Source: Pseudomonadota bacterium (lineage in GTDB: Bacteria; Pseudomonadota; Alphaproteobacteria; Caulobacterales; Hyphomonadaceae). From it: DNA of 64,000 bases. The notes under the pieces are model-generated. The model was not told where the DNA came from. It searched no databases and worked only from the letters and a program-made list of their open reading frames with translations. The stretch spans positions 25,422-89,421 of the forward strand of contig JBCBWQ010000001.1 of assembly GCA_039817025.1 (NCBI GenBank), read 5' to 3'. Positions 44,960-53,456 of this stretch are shown piece by piece (within the stretch, counting starts at the first letter, position 1; the number at the start of each line of letters is the position of its first letter). The translations under genes were made by a program, and so were the position numbers.

Positions 44960-46270
44960 ATGTCTATCTCTAACGCCATGCAGGCAAGTGTAAGCGGGCT
45001 TAAGGCGAATGCGTCGGCGGTCAGCGAGATTTCGGCCAATATCGCCAATGCCGGGACGGATGGCTACCGCCGGACATTTGCACAGATGGTGACCACAACA
45101 GTCACGGCGACGGGCGGCGGCGCGGCACCTGCGGGTGGCGTGCGCGCCGTGCAAACCGCCGAGGTAGACACCGATGGTCAGCTGCGCACCACGCAGCGCG
45201 CGACGGATATGGCAATCAGTGGTCCTGGGTTCTTCGTAGTCTCTAAGAACCCCAATGACCCCGATCAGGCGAACTATATGCTTACACGGGCCGGTTCGTT
45301 CCGCCCGGACGAGAATGGTAACCTCAAGAACGCGGCCGGGCTGTATTTGGCCGGGTTCCCTTATGACACGAGCGGGTCCTTGGGTGTCGTGGATCGCAAT
45401 ACCTTTGCGGATCTATCCACCGTCAACACCAGCAACATGACTGTTCAGGGGCAAGCCACATCGGAAATGTCGCTCGCCGGCAACCTGCCTGAGCAGGCAA
45501 CGGGTCTTGCGACACCGGGCGATGCTTTTGTCAGTTCTGCCAGCTTCTATTCGCCCCTTGGGGCAACGGAGCGCTTGCAGTTTTCCTGGCAGCCAAGCGC
45601 CACAGCCAATCAATGGCAGCTGACGGTTAGCGACGGGACCGGCACCGACTACGGCTCCGTCGATGTGGCGTTCCATGATAGCGGCGCGTTCGCCGGGGCG
45701 CCGCAGACATATTCGGGCGTCGCTTCTCTGGCACCTGCACCCGCTGGGTTTGCCTTTGATACCGCGACGGGGATGGCCACGCTGACGGTCAACAACGGTG
45801 CCACCCCGCAGACCATCGAAGTCGCGCTTGGCGCCCCGGACTCCCTTGAAGGGATAACGCAGTTCTCAGGAGACTACTCGCCTCTGGACGTGACGAGCGA
45901 TGGCAGCGCCAGCGGCACATTGGTTCGCACCGAGATTGACGACTCAGGCGACGTCTTTGGTGTCTTCGACAACGGTGGACGTCAGGCGTTGTTCAGCATC
46001 CCTCTTGCCGTGGTTCCCAACCCCAATGGTTTGATCGCGACGGACGCGAATGCTTACTTCCAGTCGCGCGATAGTGGTGCGTTTGAACTCGCCACCGCAA
46101 ACGCCGGACCCACAGGGTCGATCACGTCTGGTGCCCTCGAGGGATCCAACGTCGAGATCGCCCAGGAACTGACGGACCTCATCACGACGCAACGGGCCTA
46201 TTCTTCGAACGCCAAGATCATCACCACTGTGGATGAGATGCTCGACGAAACCATGCGGATCAAACGCTGA
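44960..46270 (+). CDS. flgE: Flagellar hook protein FlgE
   Basis: MSISNAMQASVSGLKANASAVSEISANIANAGTDGYRR...LEGSNVEIAQELTDLITTQRAYSSNAK. Confidence 0.95.
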   Translation: MSISNAMQASVSGLKANASAVSEISANIANAGTDGYRRTFAQMVTTTVTATGGGAAPAGGVRAVQTAEVDTDGQLRTTQRATDMAISGPGFFVVSKNPNDPDQANYMLTRAGSFRPDENGNLKNAAGLYLAGFPYDTSGSLGVVDRNTFADLSTVNTSNMTVQGQATSEMSLAGNLPEQATGLATPGDAFVSSASFYSPLGATERLQFSWQPSATANQWQLTVSDGTGTDYGSVDVAFHDSGAFAGAPQTYSGVASLAPAPAGFAFDTATGMATLTVNNGATPQTIEVALGAPDSLEGITQFSGDYSPLDVTSDGSASGTLVRTEIDDSGDVFGVFDNGGRQALFSIPLAVVPNPNGLIATDANAYFQSRDSGAFELATANAGPTGSITSGALEGSNVEIAQELTDLITTQRAYSSNAKIITTVDEMLDETMRIKR

Positions 46271-46304
46271 TCTCGGCTAACCTGACAGAAGGAGCCCTAG
46301 TGTC

Positions 46305-47717
46305 ATGGGCCTGACAAGTGCATTTGGGCTCAGCCGCAGTGGGCTGAGCACGGTCGAGAAATGGGCCGAAACGACATCGGCCAATATCGCCAACGCCGAC
46401 AAGCCCGGCTATGCGCGCAAATCGGTACTGCGCAGCACCGACGACATGGGCATCGTATCAGTCAGCGGTATCCGGCGCGAGTCAGATGGCGCGATCGACC
46501 GAATGCACCGTATGGAACTGGCGCGCATGGGGCGGCAGGACGCTATCGCCTCAGGGGCGAACCTCTATCTGGGCCAACTCGGTGCGCCGGAAGACCCAAA
46601 CAGTCTGTCCAATCGCATCGCCGATCTGCAAACAGCCATTGTTCAGCTTGCCAACGCCCCAGAACAGATCTCGCGGCAAAACGCAGCCCTCACGGCGGCT
46701 GAAAGCCTAGCGCGCGATCTGAACGCAGCGGATGCGGCGCTGGACGAGGCGGCACTGACGGTTCAAGGGCGGGTCGCGGCCAGCGTCAATGCTGCGAACC
46801 TGGCGATTACGAAAGTGGCCGAACTCAATCAGCGCATAATCGGCGTTGAACCAGGCACCCAACAACATGCGATGCTGACCGACGAATTGAGCATCCAGTT
46901 GGATGCCCTTGCGGAACTGGTCGACACCCGCGCAGTGTTCGACGCAGCCGGGCGTGCATCGGTCTACACCGCCGATGGTAGCCCGCTGGTCGAAGACAAC
47001 GCATACGAGTTGCTGTCGTTTGAACCGGCCACCTCGTCGGTGATACTCGACGGTCGGGATATCACTCCGGGGCGGTCTGGGGCGCGGGGCTTCTCTGAGG
47101 CGCGGCTCGCGGGCGAAATTGAGCTGTTGCGCGATGTTTTTCCACAGGTTCAGCGTCAGCTCGATGAGATGTCGCGCGGCCTGATGGTGGGTTTCGAGAC
47201 GGCAGATGCGACGGTGACTGCGGGCGTAGCGGGGCTATTCACTGATGATGGCGCGGCCTTTGATCCGGCGAACTTCACCGGTCTTGCTGGACGGATCAGC
47301 GTCAACGACGTGGTGCGCCCGATTGCCGGCGGCGATATCTGGCGCCTGCGGGACGGGATTGCCGCAACCACCGAAGGCCCGCCCGCGGACCCAACGCAAC
47401 TTGCCCAGTTCGTTACCATGATGGAAAGCCAGCAAACCTTCGACGGTGCCGCCGGGCTTGGGACAGCCTCGACGCTAAGCGAGTTTGCCGCGGCACTTGG
47501 CGCCGACCAACAACGCGTGCGCACCGATGCCGAGGAACTGCGCGAGACGTTTAAGAACAGCGCCGCCTCCCTTGAGGCGACGCGCAGCAGTCTGTCGGGT
47601 GTCGATGTTGATGATGAGCTTCAGCAATTGATCCTGATTGAACAAAGCTATGCAGCCAACAGCCGTGTGATTACCGTTGTCTCGGAAATGGTCGATACCC
47701 TGCTTGCCGCCGTCTAG
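46305..47717 (+). CDS. flgK: Hook-associated protein 1, FlgK
   Basis: N-terminal ...TTSANIANADKPGYAR..., C-terminal ...GVDVDDELQQLILIEQSYAANSRVI. Confidence 0.9.
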   Translation: MGLTSAFGLSRSGLSTVEKWAETTSANIANADKPGYARKSVLRSTDDMGIVSVSGIRRESDGAIDRMHRMELARMGRQDAIASGANLYLGQLGAPEDPNSLSNRIADLQTAIVQLANAPEQISRQNAALTAAESLARDLNAADAALDEAALTVQGRVAASVNAANLAITKVAELNQRIIGVEPGTQQHAMLTDELSIQLDALAELVDTRAVFDAAGRASVYTADGSPLVEDNAYELLSFEPATSSVILDGRDITPGRSGARGFSEARLAGEIELLRDVFPQVQRQLDEMSRGLMVGFETADATVTAGVAGLFTDDGAAFDPANFTGLAGRISVNDVVRPIAGGDIWRLRDGIAATTEGPPADPTQLAQFVTMMESQQTFDGAAGLGTASTLSEFAAALGADQQRVRTDAEELRETFKNSAASLEATRSSLSGVDVDDELQQLILIEQSYAANSRVITVVSEMVDTLLAAV

Positions 47718-47728
47718 GAGCCTTTCGC

Positions 47729-48808
47729 GTGACCGTGATCCACAATCCATCGACCCTGACCACCGCCAACCTTCGGCGCGAAATCGCTGCCGACATCGAT
47801 GGTCGGCTCAACCAGGCTGCAAATGAGGCGTCAACCGGCAAAAAGGCCGATCCATTCCGCGATCTCGGCACGGGTTCCGTTGAGCTTTTATCGCTTCGGT
47901 CGGGGTCGATCCGGCTGGACGGGTTTATGAAAAGCAATGCGCTTCTAGGCAACCGTATGGACGTAATGGCCAACACGCTCAGCGAGTCCCGCGAGACATT
48001 GCAAGGATTCTTGGAGGCCGCGGTTAGTTTCCGTGAGTCCCAGCAACCCATCGGCACGGTACTTCAGGAAAGCGCGCGCGCCGCCTATGCCCAACTCGCG
48101 ACCCTGTTGAACACGCCATACCAAGGGGCGCAGCTTTTTGCAGGGACCGAGAATACCGGCCCAACGCTGCAAAAATTCAGCGAGACGAACCCAGCCACTG
48201 GCCTGTCGCCAGAAGATATCATCAACGGTATCATCGGAGGCGGGTTCGCTGATGCCGCCGATGCATTGGCAAAGGCCGGCGAGGTCGCAACGGTGTTTGA
48301 CAGTGCGAACACAGCCGCGCCGCTTACGAATTTCGAAGCGACGTTCTTCAATGGAACGCCGCTTGAGGCCGCTCCGGGCGTGCCGTCACCGCGGCAGACG
48401 GCGCTGATCGATAACGGTATGGTGCTGGAGTACGGCGTTCAGGCGAACGATCCGGCGTTTCGCACCGCGCTGCAAGGGTTGGCAATGATTGCCGCGATTG
48501 ATCCGTCGACGATCGCGGATCCGGGCGCCTATGAGGCTTGGGTCGGTGCTGCCATCGACACTGTGGGGCAGGGCCTTCAGCTTCTGGATGCGGTTGAAAC
48601 CCGGCTTGGTGGGGAGCAAAGCCTGCTTGAACAAACCCTGGGCAACCAACAGGTGCGGGCAGACCTCTACGAACAACAGCTTGGTGTTCTGGAGGGCGTC
48701 GATCCCTATGAGGCCGCAAACCGTGTGACGCTACTGTCGACCCAGCTTGAGGCGACCTATGCGATCAACGCGCGGCTGTCGCGGCTGACCTTTCTGAACT
48801 TCATGTAG
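47729..48808 (+). CDS. flgL: Hook-associated protein 3, FlgL
   Basis: Flagellin-fold N and C termini (...EASTGKKADPF..., ...VDPYEAANRVTLLSTQLEATYAINARLSRLTFLNF). GTG start, position after flgK. Confidence 0.85.
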   Translation: MTVIHNPSTLTTANLRREIAADIDGRLNQAANEASTGKKADPFRDLGTGSVELLSLRSGSIRLDGFMKSNALLGNRMDVMANTLSESRETLQGFLEAAVSFRESQQPIGTVLQESARAAYAQLATLLNTPYQGAQLFAGTENTGPTLQKFSETNPATGLSPEDIINGIIGGGFADAADALAKAGEVATVFDSANTAAPLTNFEATFFNGTPLEAAPGVPSPRQTALIDNGMVLEYGVQANDPAFRTALQGLAMIAAIDPSTIADPGAYEAWVGAAIDTVGQGLQLLDAVETRLGGEQSLLEQTLGNQQVRADLYEQQLGVLEGVDPYEAANRVTLLSTQLEATYAINARLSRLTFLNFM

Positions 48809-48825
48809 ATTTAGCGGCGGTGGCT

Positions 48826-49548
48826 CTAACGGGTCGTCGCCTGTTGTCTGTCGAACGCGTCGGCGCTTAGCCGGTAGCCGCGGCCTGGGACCGTTTCGAT
48901 ATAGGCCGAACCTGTCTTGGTCACCGCGTCAAACTTCTTGCGGATTTTGCAGATATAGACGTCCACCACCTTGTCGAATGGCGGCACCTCAGCCACCGCA
49001 TAGACCGAGTCGTAGATTGCGGCTTTCGAGACAACGCGTCCCGCATTCAACGCAAGCTGTTGGAAGATCTCGTGCTCTTTGCTGGACAGGCGCACTCGCG
49101 AGCCGTCGATTTCGGGATCCCGCCCATCAAGGAAAGCGGTGACCGCGCCGACCCGAACCTCTTTCGTGATGTGGCCTTTCGCCCGCCGGATCGTCGCGTT
49201 GATCCGCGCTTTCAACTCAAAGCCCTTGATCGGGATCACCATATCTTGGTCCGCACCCAGATTGATCGACTGGGCCGCCGCCGCAGCGCTTCGGAAGTCG
49301 CGCATCACCACGATGGGATGCGCACATGCCGCAGAGCGAAGGGCATCGATCTGTTCGGCCAGCTGGTCTGTTTCAGCCAGCAGGAAGCCTGCTGCCATCG
49401 TGTCTTCGCGTGTCAAGAGCGACAAGTCGCGTCTGAAGAACGCCTCGTCGATAGAAACCAGTGCGAAGCCAGCGTTGGCAAGTTCGGTGCAAAGCCCCGC
49501 CATCCGTTCGCTACGGGGCTCGTGAACATAAAGCTGCATGAATACCAC
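48826..49548 (-). CDS. OmpR-family winged-helix regulator with a degenerate receiver domain (FtcR-like orphan)
   Basis: C-terminal ...LSSKEHEIFQQLALNAGRVVSKAAIYDSVY...VDVYICKIRKKF...YIETVPGRGYRL is an OmpR/PhoB DNA-binding domain. The N-terminal receiver fold lacks the acidic pocket (LYVHEPR instead of ..VDDD..), and the phospho-Asp position reads FLLAETD. Confidence 0.8.
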   Translation of the reverse strand: MVFMQLYVHEPRSERMAGLCTELANAGFALVSIDEAFFRRDLSLLTREDTMAAGFLLAETDQLAEQIDALRSAACAHPIVVMRDFRSAAAAAQSINLGADQDMVIPIKGFELKARINATIRRAKGHITKEVRVGAVTAFLDGRDPEIDGSRVRLSSKEHEIFQQLALNAGRVVSKAAIYDSVYAVAEVPPFDKVVDVYICKIRKKFDAVTKTGSAYIETVPGRGYRLSADAFDRQQATTR

Positions 49549-49601
49549 GCGTCCTTGCTACACCCCCTATATAAGGATAGATCATGACTGAAGATCTATA
49601 T

Positions 49602-49643
49602 CAAGAATAAAATAATTTTAATCTTGACATTGTGAAGAATAAA
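49602..49643. repeat. ftcR-like/flgI divergent spacer: CAAGAATAAA-N6-TTAATCTTG, TTGACA, AAGAATAAA
   Basis: Read directly: 49602-49611, 49618-49626, 49624-49629 and 49635-49643. Confidence 0.65.
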
Positions 49644-49680
49644 AGTAGTTTTTGCGTGCAGCAGGCGCATGGAGGCGCAT

Positions 49681-50802
49681 ATGATCAATCCAGTTGATGT
49701 TATGGTCCGGGTGGCCGAACTCCTCTTATCGGTGGTTTTGGTGCTGATACCGGCCACAGCCGGGGCGACCGCGCGGATCAAGGATGTCGCCACGTTCGAA
49801 GGTGTGCGGGACAACCAGATCGTAGGCTACGGCCTTGTCGTTGGTTTGAACGGAACTGGCGACAGCCTGCGCAACAGCCCATTCACCGAAAAGTCCATCG
49901 TCGGCATGCTCGAACGGCTGGGGGTCGGGAACCTGGAAGGCTATGACCTTCGCACCCGGAACGTTGCGGCGGTGATGGTGACGGCAACACTGCCGCCGTT
50001 TGCGCGGCGCGGCGCACGCATTGATGTTGTTGTGTCCTCCATGGGCGATTCAACCAGTTTGCGGGGCGGGACACTAATCGTTACGCCACTGACGGCGGCA
50101 GATGGCAACGTCTACGCCGTGGCACAGGGGCCGATCGCGGTGGCTGGGTTCGCCGCTCAGGGGATTAACGCCTCGGTTGTCCAGGGCGTGCCTACAGCCG
50201 CACGGATCGAAAACGGTGCGACCGTTGAAAACGAGATTGCATTCGACTTCGACAGCCTGAGCAGTATCCGACTGGCTTTGCGCTCTCCTGACTTTACAAC
50301 GGCGTTGCGGATTGAGGAGGCTATCAACGAGACGCTTGGCGGCGAACAGGCTGATGCAATTGATTCCGGCACGGTGGTTGTCAGCCCGCCCGCCCGGGCT
50401 GATCTGCCCGAACTCATGGCGCGGATCGAAAATCTGCGGATCGAACCGGACACGATTGCCAAGGTGGTGATTGATGCCCGCTCGGGCACCATCGTGGTCG
50501 GGGCGAATGTGCGCATCAGCGAGGTGGCGATCAGCCAGGGTGGGCTGACGGTTTTGATTCGCGAGGATATCGTGGTCTCACAGCCCGAGCCGTTCTCAAT
50601 CGGGGAAACCGTTGTCGTTCCCGACACGATTGTTGAGGTGCAAGAGCGCGAGGCCCAGTTTGCCGTTCTTGAGGGCGGTTTGCCGCTGCAACGACTTGTG
50701 GATGGGCTAAATGCTCTCGGCGTTGGCGCGACGGAAACGATCTCGATCCTGCAGGCGATCAAGGCGGCAGGGGCCCTGCACGCCGATCTTGAGATTATCT
50801 GA
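49681..50802 (+). CDS. flgI: Flagellar P-ring protein FlgI
   Basis: Signal peptide, then RIKDVATFEGVRDNQIVGYGLVVGLNGTGDSLRNSPFT... The ATG at 49681 follows GGAGG. The track start is 49669. Confidence 0.95.
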   Translation: MINPVDVMVRVAELLLSVVLVLIPATAGATARIKDVATFEGVRDNQIVGYGLVVGLNGTGDSLRNSPFTEKSIVGMLERLGVGNLEGYDLRTRNVAAVMVTATLPPFARRGARIDVVVSSMGDSTSLRGGTLIVTPLTAADGNVYAVAQGPIAVAGFAAQGINASVVQGVPTAARIENGATVENEIAFDFDSLSSIRLALRSPDFTTALRIEEAINETLGGEQADAIDSGTVVVSPPARADLPELMARIENLRIEPDTIAKVVIDARSGTIVVGANVRISEVAISQGGLTVLIREDIVVSQPEPFSIGETVVVPDTIVEVQEREAQFAVLEGGLPLQRLVDGLNALGVGATETISILQAIKAAGALHADLEII

Positions 50803-51137
50803 TGCCGACCGACGCGATCGGATCGCCGACACCCGTATCCAACGCGGTCCGCGATGGCATGCCGTCGGGTGCCAATGCTGCCTCCAAAGAGGCGTGGGCC
50901 GCGCAAGAGTTTGAGGCGGTGTTTCTGACACAGGCGATCGACGAGATGCTCAAGACCGTCAAAATCGGTTCGATGGGCGGTGGGCACGCGGAAGAGACTT
51001 GGCGCGGTTTCCTAGCAAAATCCATTGCCGATGAAATTGCGCAATCGGGTGTGACCAACATTTCTGGCGGCGTCACCACGGCCATTTCGGCCTACGGCGA
51101 GCTTTCCCCTACACAAGGCGATGAGACAGGAGGTTAG
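50802..51137 (+). CDS. flgJ: Rod-binding protein (FlgJ N-terminal-domain type, no muramidase domain)
   Basis: AAQEFEAVFLTQAIDEMLKT...ETWRGFLAKSIADEIA is the rod-binding motif. It is 111 aa only. The ATG overlaps the flgI TGA. Confidence 0.8.
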   Translation: MPTDAIGSPTPVSNAVRDGMPSGANAASKEAWAAQEFEAVFLTQAIDEMLKTVKIGSMGGGHAEETWRGFLAKSIADEIAQSGVTNISGGVTTAISAYGELSPTQGDETGG

Positions 51138-51138
51138 A

Positions 51139-51540
51139 ATGGTCGACAAGCATGGACATATCGAAACGGTTCGGGGCATGACGAAACTGATCAAGCGTGA
51201 AATGGCGGTTCTATCAGAAAACGACCCCGATCAGTTGCGAGACCTTGTCGAACAGAAGGAAACGCTTGCGGCACGGCTCGAAGCGGCAGGTCCAGAGATT
51301 GAGGCCTTTCTGGCGCGAGGGGATGCGCGGGCGCATACTCTGCGCGGGGCCTTGGCTGATCTGCAGCAGCACCTAGAGCGCAACTCAGGCCATGTCTCGT
51401 ACATGGCACGGGCATGCGCCGAACTGGTTGCCGAGCTGACGCGTAACGCCACAGCGGACTCTTTGCGCGGTCTTTACGATCGCAAGGGGCAGACCACAGC
51501 CGAACTGTCACGTCCGCGGGATGTCGATCTTTCTCTCTGA
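51139..51540 (+). CDS. FlgN-like helical protein (tentative export chaperone)
   Basis: 133 aa, all-helical, ...LVEQKETLAARLEAAGPEIEAFL.... It sits between flgJ and the flagellin gene. The ATG at 51139 follows GGAGG. Confidence 0.4.
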   Translation: MVDKHGHIETVRGMTKLIKREMAVLSENDPDQLRDLVEQKETLAARLEAAGPEIEAFLARGDARAHTLRGALADLQQHLERNSGHVSYMARACAELVAELTRNATADSLRGLYDRKGQTTAELSRPRDVDLSL

Positions 51541-51544
51541 ATCG

Positions 51545-51560
51545 TTAACCCAGGCTTAAC
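51545..51560 (+). promoter_or_regulatory. Perfect CtrA-type box TTAACCCAGGCTTAAC upstream of the flagellin gene
   Basis: TTAA-N7-TTAAC read directly, about 85 nt upstream of the flagellin start. Confidence 0.6.
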
Positions 51561-51641
51561 CACGCCGAACAACCTCCTTTGCGTGGGCGAAAGCTCATCT
51601 CCTGTCAGAAGACGGGACACCAACGCTAGAAGCACAGGAGA

Positions 51642-52466
51642 ATGACTATGGCTTCAATCCATACAAACGCGGCGGCCATGAATGCCCTCGCAACCCTTCG
51701 CGACGTCAACAACAGCCTGACCGAGACCCAGAACCGTGTATCGACCGGTTTCAAGGTTCAGACTGCGAAGGACAATGCTGCTTACTTCTCGATCTCTGAG
51801 ACGATGAAAAGCGATAGCGGCATGTACAAGGCCATCGATGAAGGTCTGACCCTGACCAAAAACTCGATTGCAACGGGCCGCCTTGGTGCGGAAACCGTTG
51901 CTGACCTCGCTCAGAGCTTTGTTGAGCGTGTCGCCTTTGCCCAGGAAAACAACATTGACCGCGCCAAGGTTCAGCAAGAACTCGATGAGCTGGTCAATCA
52001 GATGGATACCACGATTTCACAGGCCACCTTTAATGGTGTGTCCATGGTCGAAGGTGGTGCTGACGTCACGGTTGTGACCGGTATCACGCGGGTTGGTGGC
52101 TTTGCCACCACCAGCATGACTGTGTCGCCTGTTGATCTCGCCGCTGTCTCGACAGCGCTTGGTGGCATCGACGTGGGCACCTCGACCGACCTGGCCGCTG
52201 ATCTGGCCACAGCCGAGACGCAGCTGGCCGCAGCGCTTGATGCGGCGACCTCGCTCGGGATCGGTGAAAAGGCTGTCGAGACGCAGCAGGAGTTCCTAAA
52301 GGCCCTGACTGAACGTCTGGACAACGGGATCGGCGCGATGGTTGACGCCGACATGGAAGCGGAAGCAGCCCGTCTGCAGGCACTTCAGGTGCAGCAGCAG
52401 CTCGCAACTCAGTCCCTGTCGATCGCCAACCAGGCACCGCAGAACATCCTGAGCCTTTTTCGGTGA
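51642..52466 (+). CDS. fla: Flagellin (short alphaproteobacterial type)
   Basis: MASIHTNAAAMNALATLRDVNNSLTETQNRVSTGFKV...AARLQALQVQQQLATQSLSIANQAPQNILSLFR. The start is 51642 or 51648. Confidence 0.95.
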   Translation: MTMASIHTNAAAMNALATLRDVNNSLTETQNRVSTGFKVQTAKDNAAYFSISETMKSDSGMYKAIDEGLTLTKNSIATGRLGAETVADLAQSFVERVAFAQENNIDRAKVQQELDELVNQMDTTISQATFNGVSMVEGGADVTVVTGITRVGGFATTSMTVSPVDLAAVSTALGGIDVGTSTDLAADLATAETQLAAALDAATSLGIGEKAVETQQEFLKALTERLDNGIGAMVDADMEAEAARLQALQVQQQLATQSLSIANQAPQNILSLFR

Positions 52467-52529
52467 TCTAGCACCGGAAGTGGAGCAGGGCGATCTGATC
52501 GACCCTGACTCCGTACCATAGCCTGTCTC

Positions 52530-52557
52530 GCGGCGTCCCAGACCACCGGGGCGCCGC
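52530..52557 (+). terminator. GC-rich hairpin downstream of the flagellin gene
   Basis: GCGGCGTCCC, an 8-nt loop, then GGGGCGCCGC (9 of 10 paired). There is no T-tract. Confidence 0.4.
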
Positions 52558-52607
52558 ATCCCCAGGCTATGCCTGAGAGAACCCAGGTTCAAAGGAACGC
52601 AGAAGCA

Positions 52608-53015
52608 ATGAGTATCGCAGCTTACAAGCAAAACATCCGCCAAGTGGAAGCACCGCGCGACATCGAACGCCGTGTGCTGTCGCGGATCACCTCTGACATC
52701 GAGACCAAGAAAGACGAATTCGACGCCGCCGAAACCCGTTCGGTTCGGTTGAGTGTTCTGGCCAATGGCCTGGGACACGCTCTCGCCGAGAACCAGCATT
52801 TTTGGATGGCGCTTAAGCACGACCTGGCAGACCAGGACAACCAACTGCCAACGGAACTGCGGGCATCGCTGATTTCGCTGGCGCTTTGGGTGGAACGCCA
52901 AACCAACGGCGTGATCTCTGGCGAGGCCAAAGTGGCACCGCTGGTATCCATCAACCGCTCTATCACAGATGGCCTGCGCGGTATTTCATCCGTCGCTGCA
53001 GTTGAGGGTGTTTGA
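52608..53015 (+). CDS. flaF: Flagellin synthesis regulator FlaF
   Basis: MSIAAYKQNIRQVEAPRDIERRVLSRITSDI...NQHFWMALKHDL...LISLALWVERQT. Confidence 0.85.
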   Translation: MSIAAYKQNIRQVEAPRDIERRVLSRITSDIETKKDEFDAAETRSVRLSVLANGLGHALAENQHFWMALKHDLADQDNQLPTELRASLISLALWVERQTNGVISGEAKVAPLVSINRSITDGLRGISSVAAVEGV

Positions 53016-53018
53016 GCC

Positions 53019-53456
53019 ATGCCTTTGAAGCTGAACCTTAAACCCGGTGAACGCCTTGTTATTAATGGGGCGGTGATAAGGAATCCTGATCGCCGCCACG
53101 TCCTGATGGTAGAAACGCAAAGCGATGTGATCCGGGGCAAAGACCTGTTGGAACCGGACGCGGCCGCGACGCCCGTCAGCAAGGTTTACTACCTGATCCA
53201 GACCGCGTTGACCCAGGCTGAGACCCGCGACAAGCTTGTGCCGGTGATCCAACGAGATCTGGCGACGCTGGCCACGGTCTTTGGGGGCGCAGAGGTCGCA
53301 CACATCTTTGAAGCCGCGAACTATGTCAGCCAAAGTGACTTCTACAAGGCGCTGACCGAGCTTCGGCCCGTCTTGCGGCATGAAGAAGTCCTGATCCAAA
53401 GATCTTCGCAACGCCCACCGACAAACGCAGGCGTACCGACAGAGGCGCGGCCATGA
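53019..53456 (+). CDS. flbT: Flagellin translational repressor FlbT
   Basis: MPLKLNLKPGERLVINGAVIRN...RGKDLL...PVSKVYYLIQ. Confidence 0.88.
   Translation: MPLKLNLKPGERLVINGAVIRNPDRRHVLMVETQSDVIRGKDLLEPDAAATPVSKVYYLIQTALTQAETRDKLVPVIQRDLATLATVFGGAEVAHIFEAANYVSQSDFYKALTELRPVLRHEEVLIQRSSQRPPTNAGVPTEARP

Noticed and set aside
50157-50987. A 276-aa ORF antisense to flgI.
   Set aside because: FlgI on the plus strand is unambiguous.
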